Source: Eledone cirrhosa
Lineage: Eukaryota
DNA: 64,000 nucleotides
Direction: 5' to 3'
Assembly (NCBI GenBank): GCA_964016885.1
Contig: OZ024742.1
Location: 188,232,001-188,296,000, forward strand
In this document: positions 14,831 to 28,357 of the stretch, piece after piece
How the letters are laid out: each line of letters begins with the position of its first letter
How positions within the stretch are numbered: position 1 is the first letter of the stretch
The notes under the pieces: generated by a model
The model's database searches: none
Seen by the model: the letters and a program-made list of their open reading frames with translations, nothing else
Told to the model about the DNA's origin: nothing
Position numbers and translations under genes: made by a program

Positions 14831-15400
14831 TTATCCCAGGGTCAAGCGGGGGTAACCGCAGTAAGTAAGGTACTCAACACATAGCAGAGTATAAATATTT
14901 GATATAGAAATGGCTTATACGGGACTAGAACAGTTTCATTCAGAGGAAATCGATGATTTCTTCCGAATTAAACAGTTTGTAGATGCTAGTAGGGTTGGTA
15001 TTTGACGTCAAAGAGGCAGTTGGTCTTGTAAAGTTCAAACTGTCAGGCAAGATGACAATATATCCATATGAGTGATTTTCACAAAAAAGCATTCCTGGTC
15101 AGATATATATTCAATTGAGGTTAATAGTATAAAATAGATACTACAGGTCATTCTTAAGTTGAGGAATTTATATGGAGTGGTACTAGTGAAAATTATGGTT
15201 GGAGTAGAAGACTAGAAAATTTACAAATAAAAAAAATTACAAATAAAAAGACTTATGTAGGTTGACTTGACCATACACTCACACCCACCTCCACCAACAG
15301 AGACACACATCCACACATACAAATTAAGGAATTAATGTGGGGTGGTAATACTGAAAATAATGGTTGGAGTCAAATACATAGAGAGTTTAGAAATTTTAGA
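14831..15400 (-). mobile_element. Penelope-like 3' end with degenerate hammerhead
   Basis: Minus strand about 14925-14980 reads CTGTTTA, a 14-bp stem II with one mismatch (ATTCGGAAGAAATC/GATTTCCTCTGAAT), then GAAA-CTG-TT. Abuts (TA)n at 14790-14830. The far boundary is uncertain. Confidence 0.45.
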
Positions 15401-15493
15401 AATAAAATTTCTAAAAGTAAATATTTAGAAAAACGGTGCAACCGAAGGATTTTAGTCTTCAAATTTATTATTATTGCTATAATAGTATATATA

Positions 15494-16072
15494 TGGTGGC
15501 TGCCAACTCGTTTTCGAGTACGGCCACTACTTTATATCCATATAGGAGAACCCCTACCGATGCGCTTAACGAGTGTGACTTTTTAGTCCAGCCAGCGTCT
15601 TGAAAACTCTGGTACAAACACTACACTTGTGACAATTATTGGCAGATAGTGCTGGGCCAATGGTACCATGTGAAGACAAGTGTATAGAGATCGCCAGATA
15701 TAAAGCAATGCCTGTGCGGTGAAGCTTTTATAGTGAGCAAAGGCACTGCACCAATCCAGTCCCACTCTCTTAACCAAGATGATATTTACCAAAACGAAGA
15801 ACAAGTCAACATCATTGGATACCATCAGGGTTGCAGGTGTTATATCAGAGTTTTCCTTCTCCTAGAATTCTGCCTTGACAAAGGCTAAGGGGTCATCTCT
15901 CCCGGTGATTTTGGATGGCCATTGACTCTTAAGAGCTCCTTTGCCCTTTGACAGGTTTTACTTTTAGTCCTGCAGGATGTCCAAAGTCACCCTCCTCATC
16001 ATGGAACCTTGGTGGGGTTGTCAGTTTAGTCGCCAACAACCGGACCATGAGTCAGGTTGTACTGGGATACAT
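15494..16072 (-). mobile_element. Family G non-autonomous RTE derivative, copy 2
   Basis: Reverse complement of about 11877-12451, flanked by TA repeats. Confidence 0.85.
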
Positions 16073-16089
16073 ATATATTATATATATAC

Positions 16090-16650
16090 ATACATACATG
16101 TCATCGCGTGTCATAAGCAGCTGTTCAAAGATGTCATCGCGGTACTATTATCTATGAAGCATAATGTAGTGGCCAAAACACTGTAAAATGCAATCCGTAG
16201 AAATGTTAGCCCGTTGATAAACACATTAAAAGCTACAGCAATATTATACATAATATGAAAGAGTACTGGTGGAATGTTCCAGTAAAAACCCCAGTAAAAT
16301 GCAGACAGAACAGACCAGATATAATGATATGGGACAGGGAAAAGAAGGCATGCACATTAGTGGAAGTTAGCTGCCCAGCATATGCCAATATAATATCAAA
16401 GATTAGCGAAAAGGAGAATATTTATGCAAAAATAATGAGAAGTCTGCAGATACTCGACTCTGATTATACCTTCAGGTATGAGTATTGGGGCACTGGGATA
16501 TGTTAGTAACTGCCTCAATGCAAATCTTGAGAAGCTAGGCTTCACAGGAACAGTAATAACACAACTAGTAAGGAAATTACAAGTACAATCCATTAATAGA
16601 ACAGTAAAAATATGTAAAACATTCCAAAAATGTTTGCATCTAATAACTGC
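16090..16650 (+). mobile_element. R4/Dong-clade non-LTR retrotransposon 3' fragment (restriction-like endonuclease)
   Basis: Frameshifted translation KHNVVAKTL...WWNVPVKT...NRPDIMIWDREKKACTLVEVSCP...KENIY...IGALG...LQ fits the PD-(D/E)xK REL domain. Confidence 0.8.
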
Positions 16651-17380
16651 ATATACACATGTACAGATACAAAGCGTATGCATATGCACACATACAACTC
16701 AAAACATCCACATCTACACATACCATAACATCCATACCTACACATGCATCCGGACATGCATACATATCTACCTAGTTGATGTTGTGTAAATTCCAATGAG
16801 AGAGTATTGTGTCTATGTTACAAAACGACTCTCTCTCTATTGGCAAACATTTACGAAATTATAAAACTAGACGAACATACATACATACATATATATTCCT
16901 GTTACTCATACCGACTATAATACAATAATCCAATTATTTTTTCTTTCCCCATAAACAAAGTTTATGTTGAATCCCTTATGCTAAATATGTCTTTTCATTT
17001 TTCACTATATTCAACACAACACCAGTGAACACTATATCATCGTTCACAAACATCACTTATTTGTTTACATACACTCCACTAATAAAGAAATATAAATTAG
17101 AGATTATGGGCAATAGCTATTCTTTATCGATTTTAAACGTCATTCAGAATATATAAGCTATTGTATTTTTTCCATTATTAATGATTTTGTCAAGTATTCT
17201 ATTTATGAGACACCCAAATATTATTTGAATGTATGTATTCATATATATATGTATATGCATTCATACTTGTATGCTTGTATACACACACACACACAAACAC
17301 ACACACACGCGCGCGCGCACACACATGTATGTATAAATGAATATATGTAAGTGTATAATCTCGGGAGAAGCTAAGGGGTA

Positions 17381-17429
17381 AGTAGTCTTGATAACCGCTA
17401 AAGAGCGAGAAACAGGAGTGTCGATTACT
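17381..17429 (+). ncRNA. Type I hammerhead ribozyme with U3-A8 core variant
   Basis: Stem I AGTAGTC/GATTACT, core TTGATAA, stem II CGCT-AAAG-AGCG, GAAA, stem III CA-GGAG-TG, GUC triplet. AATAAA at 17455. Confidence 0.7.
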
Positions 17430-17984
17430 CCCCTTTGCCTTTGCTTTTGCTGAGAATAAATAAGAGACACGTTACTACTTTAAAATTCATAGCGAATGGT
17501 GTTCAAAATATTTTTAATTAAATATACAGTATATTGCCAAATATACTGTACATACATTCATGTATGTATATATGCTTATATATATATATGTGTGTGTGTA
17601 TATATATGTATGTGTATATATACATATGCATATATATGTTTATATATGTGTACGTATATCCCAGTTCACTCGGGAAAGTGTTGGTGAGAGGAAGGGCATC
17701 CAATCTTAACATTCTTGGCAAACAAAAGTTTTGGGAGGACCTTTGATATTTTCTCCTGTGCAATCGAGGGAGTGTCGATCATACATAAAACGAGACACAG
17801 GGCCTTGTCCTGTCTGAGAGAGCTGTTTCCCCACTTCATTACTGATTTCGTCTTTATAGACAAATCCCATCCTTGCTTGGAGGGAAAGCGGACGGTAAAA
17901 TAACAATACTGTTTATATATATCTAATTCTAGATTATGTAGACATTGCAGACATATGTATATTCAAAACACAAGCTTACACATA

Positions 17985-18028
<44 letters not shown>

Positions 18029-18037
<9 letters not shown>

Positions 18038-18550
18038 AACAAAAGATGGTTAAAGGAGTTCCATGTATTTTATTATGCGCATTTCAAAAACAAATATCAT
18101 CATGCAATAATATTTGTGTTTTCATCAGATAAAACAGGAGGACATGATATGAAGGCTAAAAAACACTTGTGGATAGTGCAGTTTCAAATCAACATATGAG
18201 AAGTAGTTTTAGATTGATGTGTGATATTGGGAAAAATATTTTATTTAGAATAAAATATTTTTCCCAATATCACACATCAATCTAAAACTACTTCTCATAT
18301 GTTGATTTAAAACTGCACTATCCACAAGTATTTTTTAGCCTTCATATCATGTCCTCCTGTTTTATCTGATGAAAACACAAATATTATTGCATGATGATGT
18401 TTGTTTTTGAAATGCGCATAATAAAATACATGGAACTCCTTTAACCATCTTTTGTTCTTATATATTATGTATACTCCAGTCCTGCAAACTGTAGAGTGCT
18501 CTTATCCGATATCTGCATTCCTTTATTGTACTACAATAAAAATCACCTCC

Positions 18551-18553
<3 letters not shown>
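18029..18553 (+). mobile_element. Family D fold-back insert: ~217-bp-arm palindrome (18029-18465, 3-nt loop) plus ~90-bp one-sided tail, in (TA)n
   Basis: Arms are reverse complements with 3 mismatches counted by eye, centre at 18247. The tail contains AATAAA. (TA)n on both sides. Confidence 0.9.
18360..18426 (+). ncRNA. Type I hammerhead ribozyme (family D); mirror copy on the minus strand at 18068-18134
   Basis: Stem I TTTTAT/ATAAAA, CTGATGA at 18366-18372, long stem II, GAAA at 18409-18412, palindromic stem III TGCGCA, AUA triplet (cleavage after 18420). Confidence 0.85.
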
Positions 18554-18586
<33 letters not shown>

Positions 18587-18631
18587 TTCAAAATATTAAC
18601 AAAATAGATATTCTTGTGATCAATTATATTT

Positions 18632-18691
18632 TATTTTACATATTTCAGAGGTACTGAGTTAAGTTTAACAGTACGTCCTCATCAGATACAA
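18632..18691 (-). ncRNA. Hammerhead ribozyme, partly degenerate
   Basis: Minus strand: CTGATGA, then GGACGTACTG..CAGTACCTCT, GAAA-TATG-TA and AATAAA. Stem I is weak. Confidence 0.6.
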
Positions 18692-20003
18692 TAGGATGAT
18701 GCATGACATATCGTGACATAGAGGATGGTTAAGATTCAGTCATGGTAGCGATTAACATATGACAAAACTCAATATTTATCCCCTAATATTGAGAACATGA
18801 GATAATATAATACAAACAATAGAGAGGGTGCGTGTAAAACAGCTTAAAAAATACATGGCATCAATATAACAGTAAACATTTTTTTTTAAATTACTGGAGA
18901 AAGAGGAGGGAAAAGAAAGCATAGAGGAATAACCAGCTGATGTGATAATATATTTAATAGGTGGCTCGAAAAAACAAATGGAAGATGATTAAAGAGAGAG
19001 ATAAAGGGGAGTAATTTATGTTCAAGTTTATATACAATTTTCCGTATACCCGAATTAATATAGTTGGCCGTTAATAGTCAAAATATTTAATGTAAGTTAT
19101 TTCAGAGTAATAAATAATATTTTAGGTTTTAAAACTTAATAGGTATTTGTATTAATATTATGTTTAATGTTTAAGTTTTAAAATTCAAACTTTATGAAAA
19201 CAAATTTAAAGGATTTACGAAATACGAGAAAGAAAATATATAATGCTATTATACCCTCACGAAGGTAATCTTTACCAAAATTATTTATAATATTGACAAT
19301 ATACAATTCATAAAATAATTCTAGTTATAATTATTAAAGAATATATTGTTAAATACTTTAAGTGCCTAAAGGATCAATCGGCCTTATAACTAAAGTTAAA
19401 GAAGTCTGAATTTTTAATTATATATATGTGTTGATCAAAAAATATACAAGGATTATAGTTTATTATTTGTTTATAATTGAGGTGAAACCTTTCAAATATA
19501 TATAATTTAATACAATAATATAATATAGTAAATAAGTTACTGAAAATATTGTTCACAAAATATATATAGTTAAAACATATTGTTAACAAATATTGTTAAA
19601 AAAATAATGTTTTATATCAATTATTTTCATTTAGTTGATATACACTTTATACATATAAGTCAAAACTACATGAGTCCTAGTGATAGGGGCTAGATACAAA
19701 GTAAATATACAAATAAAAGATAATGAATTGTTTGCAAAACTTGAATATGCCCAATATTAAAAATATATTATAAATGTAATAGGGTTTTAATATAGTAGAC
19801 AAAAGATACATATTACATATTTTAGCGACTGTGATAGGAAAATGAGGTAAGTATTTCAAAAAGCCGAAGGTAATCTAAATTTAATTAAAATAAAATTAGT
19901 TAAATTAAATTATATTATATTAAGTAAAAATCATTATATAAATTCGAACTTCCAGGGAATATCAAACACTTATAACAATGTAGAGTCATTTGAGTGTCTA
20001 AAA

Positions 20004-22512
20004 TCTATATATATAAAGGGAAGATGGACATTGTTTAGTATACCGAACTTGCATGCTACACCGTTCATCCAATTTTCATGAAACCTCACACATATATAAC
20101 ACTCAACGCGTAGAGTGGAATAGGCTACTTGAAATTTTCGAAAAATCGATAATCGGGCTCTAAGACAGAATTTTTTTCGATTCCAATGAATTTTATGTGA
20201 ATTCGAACACAAGAACTCTTAGTTTACATCTGGCGCAATAAAAATAAATGTCATATGCTCATATAAGGACGTGCGTTATTGATTGGACAGCCAGCTGCAT
20301 GTCTTCCCAGCTGTCTCAGTAAACGACCGACCATTAAAGAGTTTATCTTTTCATATTCCACCTTATTCAAGTGGAAATACAGTATTATCCCTATCTGAAA
20401 AGGGAACCAAATTTAATGGTGTCTTTTGTGAACCTAAAAGCTGTGAGTAAATTTTCAAACAGACTTAAATAATCATGCTTTTTGAAAAATAAATTACTAA
20501 ATAATACGTTGACCAAGTTGTATTGTACACATACAATACAAGTAAAAACATTTACGTCGTACCAATGTTTTCCTTTTTTAAACAAAAGTTTCTAAAAAAT
20601 TACTTAATTTATAATACAGTCTTTTGCACAGGAAGTGAGTAACTTTTCGGGTGTTTAAACGTAAGTTCACCAGGGTTTGTGTCTTCATTATTAGCCCACC
20701 TCTAATGGCATTTTTTTGTTCTGCTTACGACTAAATGTTATGAGCGTATTTGCAATTAATTGCGCACACGTGCACACCTGCATGCAGATGGACACTGACA
20801 ACCAATACAAAATCGATAACTTGCTTATTAAGATATCGGTCAAAAAGAGAGATTGAATGTACTTTAGAACAATTTTTGAATATATTGTTCTTTCTGGCAT
20901 GATATGTCAGAAATATAGCTACTATACACTTTGATTATTTTTTGTAACTAAAAAACGGTTCCTTTTGGGTGGATACTTAACGAGAAAAATCCTAGGGTTT
21001 TGGACAAGTTTGTTTCAGGCGCTGTATAGACGCCTATTTTGTCACACCTTGGTCATGAATTCGTATTCTTTTCCAATAGATATTTTCCGCTCTATAAGGC
21101 TCACCAGGATATAAGGCATATCATTTAAAATCAGGTCCGCGCAACGGCGTGTAAGGCCAACCAGGAAAATGCTATCTTCTTTACTTTTAGTCTAGATCTA
21201 TTACTTCTGTTAGAGCCGTGATTGATTACCATTGTATTATTTATACATAAGGCTCACCGGGGTATAAAGCGCAGAGCTGTTTTTTTATTAAATTTAATTA
21301 TTTTAAGTGCAATTTATAGACGGGAAAATTCGGTAAGTTATTGTAATCATATTTCCAAACCTTCCCCTTCACCAGTAACCATGCTAACGATTCTAGTGTA
21401 ATCTCTCTCTGTATTTAATCACCTCTCTCTAACCTAACAGCTTTGTTACACGTTGTTATGCCCACACGGAAACGTTCAAGACTTACCTCCCAAAAAGGTA
21501 CAGCTATTGCTTTGAGACAACGAATTAGGCGTTCTCAGGTATGAGTTCATTCACAATTGATTAATCCTTTATGCAATATTCTCCCTTAATGTTAGCAAGT
21601 ACTGCGTTTATCCTAACTGTCACCACTTTTAAGCAACTACAACATTCTAATCGTAGTTATATTAAATTTATTGTCTTACCTTGATTCCCTTTTGTTCATG
21701 TTAGACTTTTCTCATTTACTATTGACACTGCCATTGGCTTAGCTAACCAGTAGAATTAATTAATTTTCTCTAGGAAACACCTGCTGAGCGCGAATCTCGA
21801 CTCGCTGATAGACGTCTTTCCCGGCTGGTTGAGTCACCAACATCACGTACGACAAGGCTTACTGATGTTCGCCTTCGTCGCCAACAAGCGCTGACGGAGG
21901 AATCACCAACATCCCGTCAGACGAGGCTTGAGGCTGTGGCAAAGGGCAATAACCCTAGATACAATTTTGATCAACTTTTTTTCACCTATAGCAAATTTAC
22001 CGGGACAGGTTTTTAGCTACTCAAATCTACTTCAGAGATCACGCATTGATGTAAAAAATCAATAAAACTGAAGCGGGGCTCGACTTTGCGCAAAAAAACA
22101 AGGCAAAGTTACACATGGAAAAACTTTTTACAGGAACGTCCTATATTCTTGAAAACTGTCACAAAAGAATCGCCATTATGACGCGGTTAAGATAATTCTT
22201 CTTCTGCACATGTGAACGCAAAAATTGTAAAAAAAAAAAAAACCCCTGAAAGTAATCGACATTTTCACCCTGCTTTAAATTAACTGGACATTCAATATCA
22301 AGTAATTTTGCCTTCCGTCAGTCGTGCAGAGAACAATTTCAACGATACACTGTGTAACTACAATTAATAAATTACACACCTGTGTCTACTAACCTATTTT
22401 TTTCCATTGAAGTTCGAAGTTTTGAACCTGTGATGCGCAGGAAATAACTTTCAGACATTCTAACAGACCAAAGGTCGACTTACACCCGGGCAACGCCGGG
22501 TACTTCTGCTAG
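20004..22512 (+). mobile_element. Non-autonomous Helitron
   Basis: 5' A|TCTATATATATAAA. 3' hairpin CCCGGGCAACGCCGGG followed by CTAG|T. Inserted between A and T with no TSD. Pairing of the two ends is inferred. Confidence 0.75.
21080..21334. mobile_element. Tc1/mariner-pogo type MITE remnant nested in the Helitron
   Basis: TTTTCCGCTCTATAAGG...TTTATAGACGGGAAAATTCGGTA inverted ends, and an internal repeat ATAAGGCTCACC. Confidence 0.45.
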
Positions 22513-23186
22513 TATTTTATAAATGTAACTACGAGTATGTTATTACACTAGATAAATATATTTGTACAACTATATAGAGATATTATTATAGGTATTAATG
22601 AAACGGTATACATTTAATAAATAAATAAGTATAATCATTATTAGTAATGCTATAATTGTAGTTTTATCTCCAGTTCGGTCGAGAGAGAGACCGATATGGT
22701 CGACTATTATAGTTTGATATATTAATACCTAGATATATATAAAAATGCAAATCTAACTTTCTGAGACCCCAAAAACATACTCAAAATGAGTAAAATATGT
22801 AAATTATGCAAACGCATATTATAATCATATTATAATTCAATTATAATCAGTAAACTTACAAGTTAAATATCCCCCAAAACATAAGGTATGCATATTTATG
22901 AAGTAAACAAGTTATCAAAAGTGTATCATTCATTCTAACATTAATTCTATCATAAATGGTTAGAAGATAAAGCATTATTAAAGTTTTATAAACCGTTATG
23001 ACTTTTTAGGCCCAACAGTTGATAAGAGACGTCAAAAATTAAGGCCTGTATATTAAGGCCTATATATATATATATATATATATATACATACATACACTTC
23101 AGATTCAGAATGACAAACAAACAAAAGCAGGAGTCAGGGGTACATATCATTATTAGCTTCACGCTTGCTGAAAATGGGGTGGAGGA

Positions 23187-23222
23187 GTACGACGTTTCCG
23201 AAATAAGTTCTTCATCAGGAGA
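23187..23222 (-). ncRNA. Minimal hammerhead motif in a Penelope-like 3' end (about 23090-23480)
   Basis: Minus strand CTGATGA-AGAACTTATTTCG-GAAA-CG-TC. Stem I is poor. Adjacent to (TA)n at 23060. Confidence 0.55.
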
Positions 23223-23605
23223 ATGGGGGGGGGGGGCTCCGAGAGGGGGGGGGGGTCGCAGGAAAAACATGAAATTACGTGGAAAATAGAAATAAAAATA
23301 AAACATGAAATCAAAATAAATAGAAACAGAATTGAAAAGAATATAAGAAAAAAAAAACAAAAACAAATGAAATGAAGCGGTGGTATGGGTTCGGCAGGCA
23401 AGGGTGTGGCAGTGCGCAAATGATGGGTGGGGTTGAAGGGTGGTCAAGAAAATTGCTGTCCGAAAGGAGATGGCAGCTATATTGTGTGTGTGTTTATGTG
23501 TGTGTATATTCGTGGATGTACGTGTGAGAGTCTGGGAGGAAGCGAGTGTATGTGAATGTGGGTTTTGAAAAACCATTTTATGCGTGTTGGAGTGGAATGT
23601 ATCTC

Positions 23606-23680
<75 letters not shown>

Positions 23681-24639
23681 TGTGTGCTTATTTGTGTGTG
23701 GATATGCATTCACTATCTATTATTTTAAGTATTTATTTATTTCCATGTTTGAGAATATCCCATTAAATATACAAACATATGTATCCATGTGTATTCTTCA
23801 TCCTACTGTTTGTTTGTCTACTTCATAATTTGACCATATCACCTTATATGAGAATAGCAGACTTTAAATCAATATCGAAATGTATGAGGAAAAAAAAAAA
23901 CATTTTGCGACATATTTTTACAGAAAATGTTTTGGTAACAAAAATTAAAATCGATATTGGAAATTTGATATTTATCCCTGTCAAATCTTTTGTGAAAAAA
24001 ATAATTTTGAAAAAAGAAATAATTGTGAATATAAAATGAAGTGAAATTATCTGCATTTCTGAAAAACATCTCGTAAGTATTTATTCACATCTGTACTTGT
24101 GTTTAATAGTATTCATTTCTTTAATTGAATAAAACATACACTAAGTTAATAAATAACCTCTACCTAAACCGATATCCATAAATCATGTATTTAATTGGTA
24201 ATTTGAAACGTTCAACCAGAGACAACCAAGAAATATTTTCAAATTTAATTTTTACTGTTACTTGTTGTTTCCTCTGAGAAGTGACCAACGTTTCAATTAT
24301 TATCGCTTACAGAATGCGATCAATTTTTAATAAATTATCTATCTTGTTCAAATGTCTGCTAGAGTGCCAGCATTAACTTCATATTGAATGAATAATGGAT
24401 CGTTATTTTGATGTACTACTTAGGGATATTTATATTTTGATGATATTAGAATATCGAAATATACTTCGCAATATTTGTGTTTGGCGCTTTACTTGTTTAG
24501 ATAAAATACCGCCGTTATCAAGGTGGCCTTCCATAATTCCGGGCTTGATAACATATACAACTCCCCAAGTATTGGCATCGATAACATGAACTTGCTTTCA
24601 ACATTACATTGCTGATCTTTGGCCTAATTTAGAAAGCGT

Positions 24640-24869
24640 TGTTGTTGAGGTTGATGATGATGATGATGTTGTTGTTGTTATTGTTGATCTTCTTCTTTCT
24701 TCTCTTTTTTGTTATTTCTTCTCTTTTTCCTTTATTCTTTTATTCTTTTTCTCCTTTTCCAATTTCTTCATTTTCTTCGTCGTCGTCATCGTCAAGGTCT
24801 TCTTCTTCTTCGTCTTCTTCTTCTTCTTCTTCTTCTTCTTCTTCTTCTTCTTCTTCTTCTTCTTCTTCT

Positions 24870-24908
<39 letters not shown>

Positions 24909-24917
24909 CTCTTTCTC

Positions 24918-24953
<36 letters not shown>

Positions 24954-24975
24954 TCAATCTTTCTTTCTTTCTTTC
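24640..24975. repeat. Compound simple repeats (TGA/TGT)n, (CTT)n, (CTTT)n
   Basis: Direct reading of the sequence. Confidence 0.95.
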
Positions 24976-27458
24976 CTTGCTCTCGTTGTTCATGTATTTT
25001 CTCGACACTTTGGTCCTTCATGGTCATCAAAATGAATCATGATTGTTAAAGTGTTAGGAAAATGTCTCACAATATTTGTTCGGTAATTTCCGTTCGGTTT
25101 ACATTCATTTCAATCAATTACAATAATTTTCATTCATATCTTCTTTAATCATTATCAAATATACTTTTACAACGTTACATGCAACATATTGAAATTCTAA
25201 TCAATTTTATGATGGATAACATACCGTCTTTAAATTAAGATTAATACATTATCTAATGTCCAATTCTTTCGAATGTATATTGGACTATTTCTAGCACACA
25301 TTTAGTAATAATTATAAAAATGTTACAATAATTATCCTTGGCATTTTGGTTTATGGAAAATCAGCATACCAGAGTATCCTTTGCGCGTCACAAATTTTGT
25401 CCAAGACAAACGGAATAAAACCAATGCTATTTTCTGCGGTGTCGTTGAACCTCATTTGTTTTGCAGCAGTTTGGAAATGTGTTTCTCGAGTACAAAATAT
25501 AGGGGCCTATTCAGGAAAAGATTCTGTCACATCCACGATCTTGCGCCCATATAAGCATGGCATTATGCACTTTTAACTTCACTTTTCCTGGATTTTCTCT
25601 GGCGAGATGCCTTGGAATAATAGATTATGTAATAATGGAGAATTCATAGGCGGATTACGTTACCTATCGAACCACCTTTAAGAATTTCAAGTATTCATAA
25701 ATGAATTATTTAATATCAGCAAATATGCCTTGTTTTTCTATTAACCTATATATTTAAATCTCCGTGGATTACCCACAGTGGATTGATTGATCTACCTTGA
25801 TAACACAAATGATATCAACTAATACCAGAGGTAAACAGTTTAAATGACTACATTGATCATATTCATGAATGGTAAATTGCCTCAACTATTTAGTATTTGC
25901 ACATCCATCCTACAATACAAAAACTGAAAGCTGCCAACAAACACTAATAGCTGAAACACATTCCTCATATATATATTTCTAATTAATCTTGTATTCTATC
26001 TTCTTGAATTCTTTTTTTATGAAGATAAAAAAGTATATCATAGTCAGATTAGATCTCAGGATGTAAATATCCATAATTGAAATAAGGAATTTTGTCCGAT
26101 GCTTTAACGCAGCTTATCTGAATGGTCAGGTCGCAAATGCTATCTTGGACACCGGCAATCGTATGGTCCTAAATCTTGTGAGGGAAATTGGGTATGCAGA
26201 AACATTTGGGAAGCTCATCTGACTATAGCTGTTATTCAGTTCAATGACTCTACCCTTCTGTCACGCTAAATCTCACTGACAATTAGGTTATGTGTCTGAA
26301 AAAGGGTTCACCACATGTACCTATATTTCATAACCAGTGTGTTCCGTCCATTAAACAAATGAAAGATTCATCGTCGAAATCGACGTAGGTTTATTCTAAC
26401 AATTCCAGCATTCCACTACACTATCTGCTGTATTAATAAATAATAATCGGATAATATCCAAATTCTATGCAAGAGACAATAAACATTAACGGTTTGAAAC
26501 TGTTTATAAACGATATATATATATATATAAATATATATATATTCTTGCTGCATTAATATGTATGTATACGCAGAGGAAATTTACAGGATATTAAAATATT
26601 GATATTTTGTACGAGGTTTAAATCGTATTAAAGATAACAACAATGATGATATCTGTAGAGAATCTAATAAAGGGGAACAAGAAAGTAAAAATAAACTATT
26701 GTAAAGGAAGAATGAACATTTAAAAAGAAATTCTTATAATGAAAATGAAACAACACATTTATTATTTAAGGATCAGTTGTCTATTAAGCTAAAGAGAAAA
26801 TGTGTACAGCATAAACGACAATAAGGAAGCGAGAAAGAAAGAGAAGGAAGAGACGAAAATTAAAAACAAATGATGCAACTAGGGAAAGGAAAAGGTAGAG
26901 GGAGCTACAAATTCTAAACCACTGTCTGAGTGGTATGTTTCAGCTGCGTCCCGCGGACAAAATAGCTAGGGCTTTGCTACGGAGAATAGCAAGTGACGCC
27001 TGCTGCAACACCCATTACCCCTTACGGGACTCTTTCCTCAGGTAGACTGCTGTATGTCCAATTTTACGAAGGAAGTCAACAAGTCGCGATGCGAGGAAAT
27101 CTGGGGTCTCGAGGACAACCAATGCGAAAAGTTAGCGGTCGGTGAAACCACAGTATTTTATCTACCCCTACACCTCGTTACGTGCGGAGGCGCCCGAGGC
27201 TACGACAGAAACAACAAGATTGGAGTTAAGGAACGTGTAACAACTCGTCACGTCCTAGATTAGGAACATACCTGTCTAGAATGAAAAGTGGGTTATAACT
27301 TCAGGTGCTTTGCAGGGTCGGGGTCAGGTTAAGCCAGCTGTGCCTGGAAATCGGCGGATTCGAGTCTCACAGTTTTCAAAATGTTTATATGTATGTTACC
27401 TTAATAAACATTAAATCATCGCGCGCACAGACACAACCACACACACACCCACACACAC

Positions 27459-27508
<50 letters not shown>

Positions 27509-27547
27509 GTGTGTGTGTGTGTCTGTGTGCGTGTTTGTGTGTATATA

Positions 27548-27588
<41 letters not shown>

Positions 27589-27725
27589 ATAAATGGAATA
27601 AATGTCCCTTGCTTTTATCGAGAATCTAATTGTAATACGTGACGTATTCTATTCTATAGCGATTAGGTCTTCAAAATGTTTATTATAAACATACAGAATA
27701 TTTTCGAATATTCTATGTCTATATT

Positions 27726-27781
<56 letters not shown>

Positions 27782-27994
27782 CATTTATACACACACACAC
27801 ACGCACACACACACGCGCACACAGACACACACACACATATATATATACACGCACATCCATACACACATAAACACACACACATAGAGAACTGCTGATTCCA
27901 GTTATTAAACGATGATGCAAAGAATTGAAACATTCGACGTTATTTAAATCAACAATCGTAGATGTGGTATCCTGTGGCTAATGCACGAACGGAT

Positions 27995-28357
27995 TAAATA
28001 TTCATTAAAAACAACAGAAGTCCTGATTGGAAATCTTTTTAAAGTTTTATTTTTGTGAAAACACTAGACGCATTTCAATGGCCATTTCATCATCCGATCA
28101 TGTTCGCAAGGCTTAGGAGATTTCATCAGGTGTTGATTGCAGAATTAGTTACGAATAGAAGATACATACTCTGTTACTGTTCGCCGGAATCCTATTATTT
28201 TATATAAATCATTCTGCAATCAACACCTGATGAATTCACTTATGTCTTGTATCATTATCGGATGATAAAAGAAGACGTTTAAAATACGTTTAGTATTTTA
28301 GCAAAAAATAAAACAATAAACAAATTTTCTAGTCCGGCGCTCTGTTGTTTTTATTGT
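27995..28357. repeat. Old, diverged fold-back palindrome with a hammerhead core in each arm
   Basis: TTCATCAGGTGTTGATTGCAGAAT (about 28122-28145) is the reverse complement of ATTCTGCAATCAACACCTGATGAA (28211-28234). Patchy homology extends to AAAAACAACAGA/TCTGTTGTTTTT. Confidence 0.75.

Noticed and set aside
27165-27210. CACCTCGT HDV-like L3 motif
   Set aside because: No P1 or P2 partners were found.
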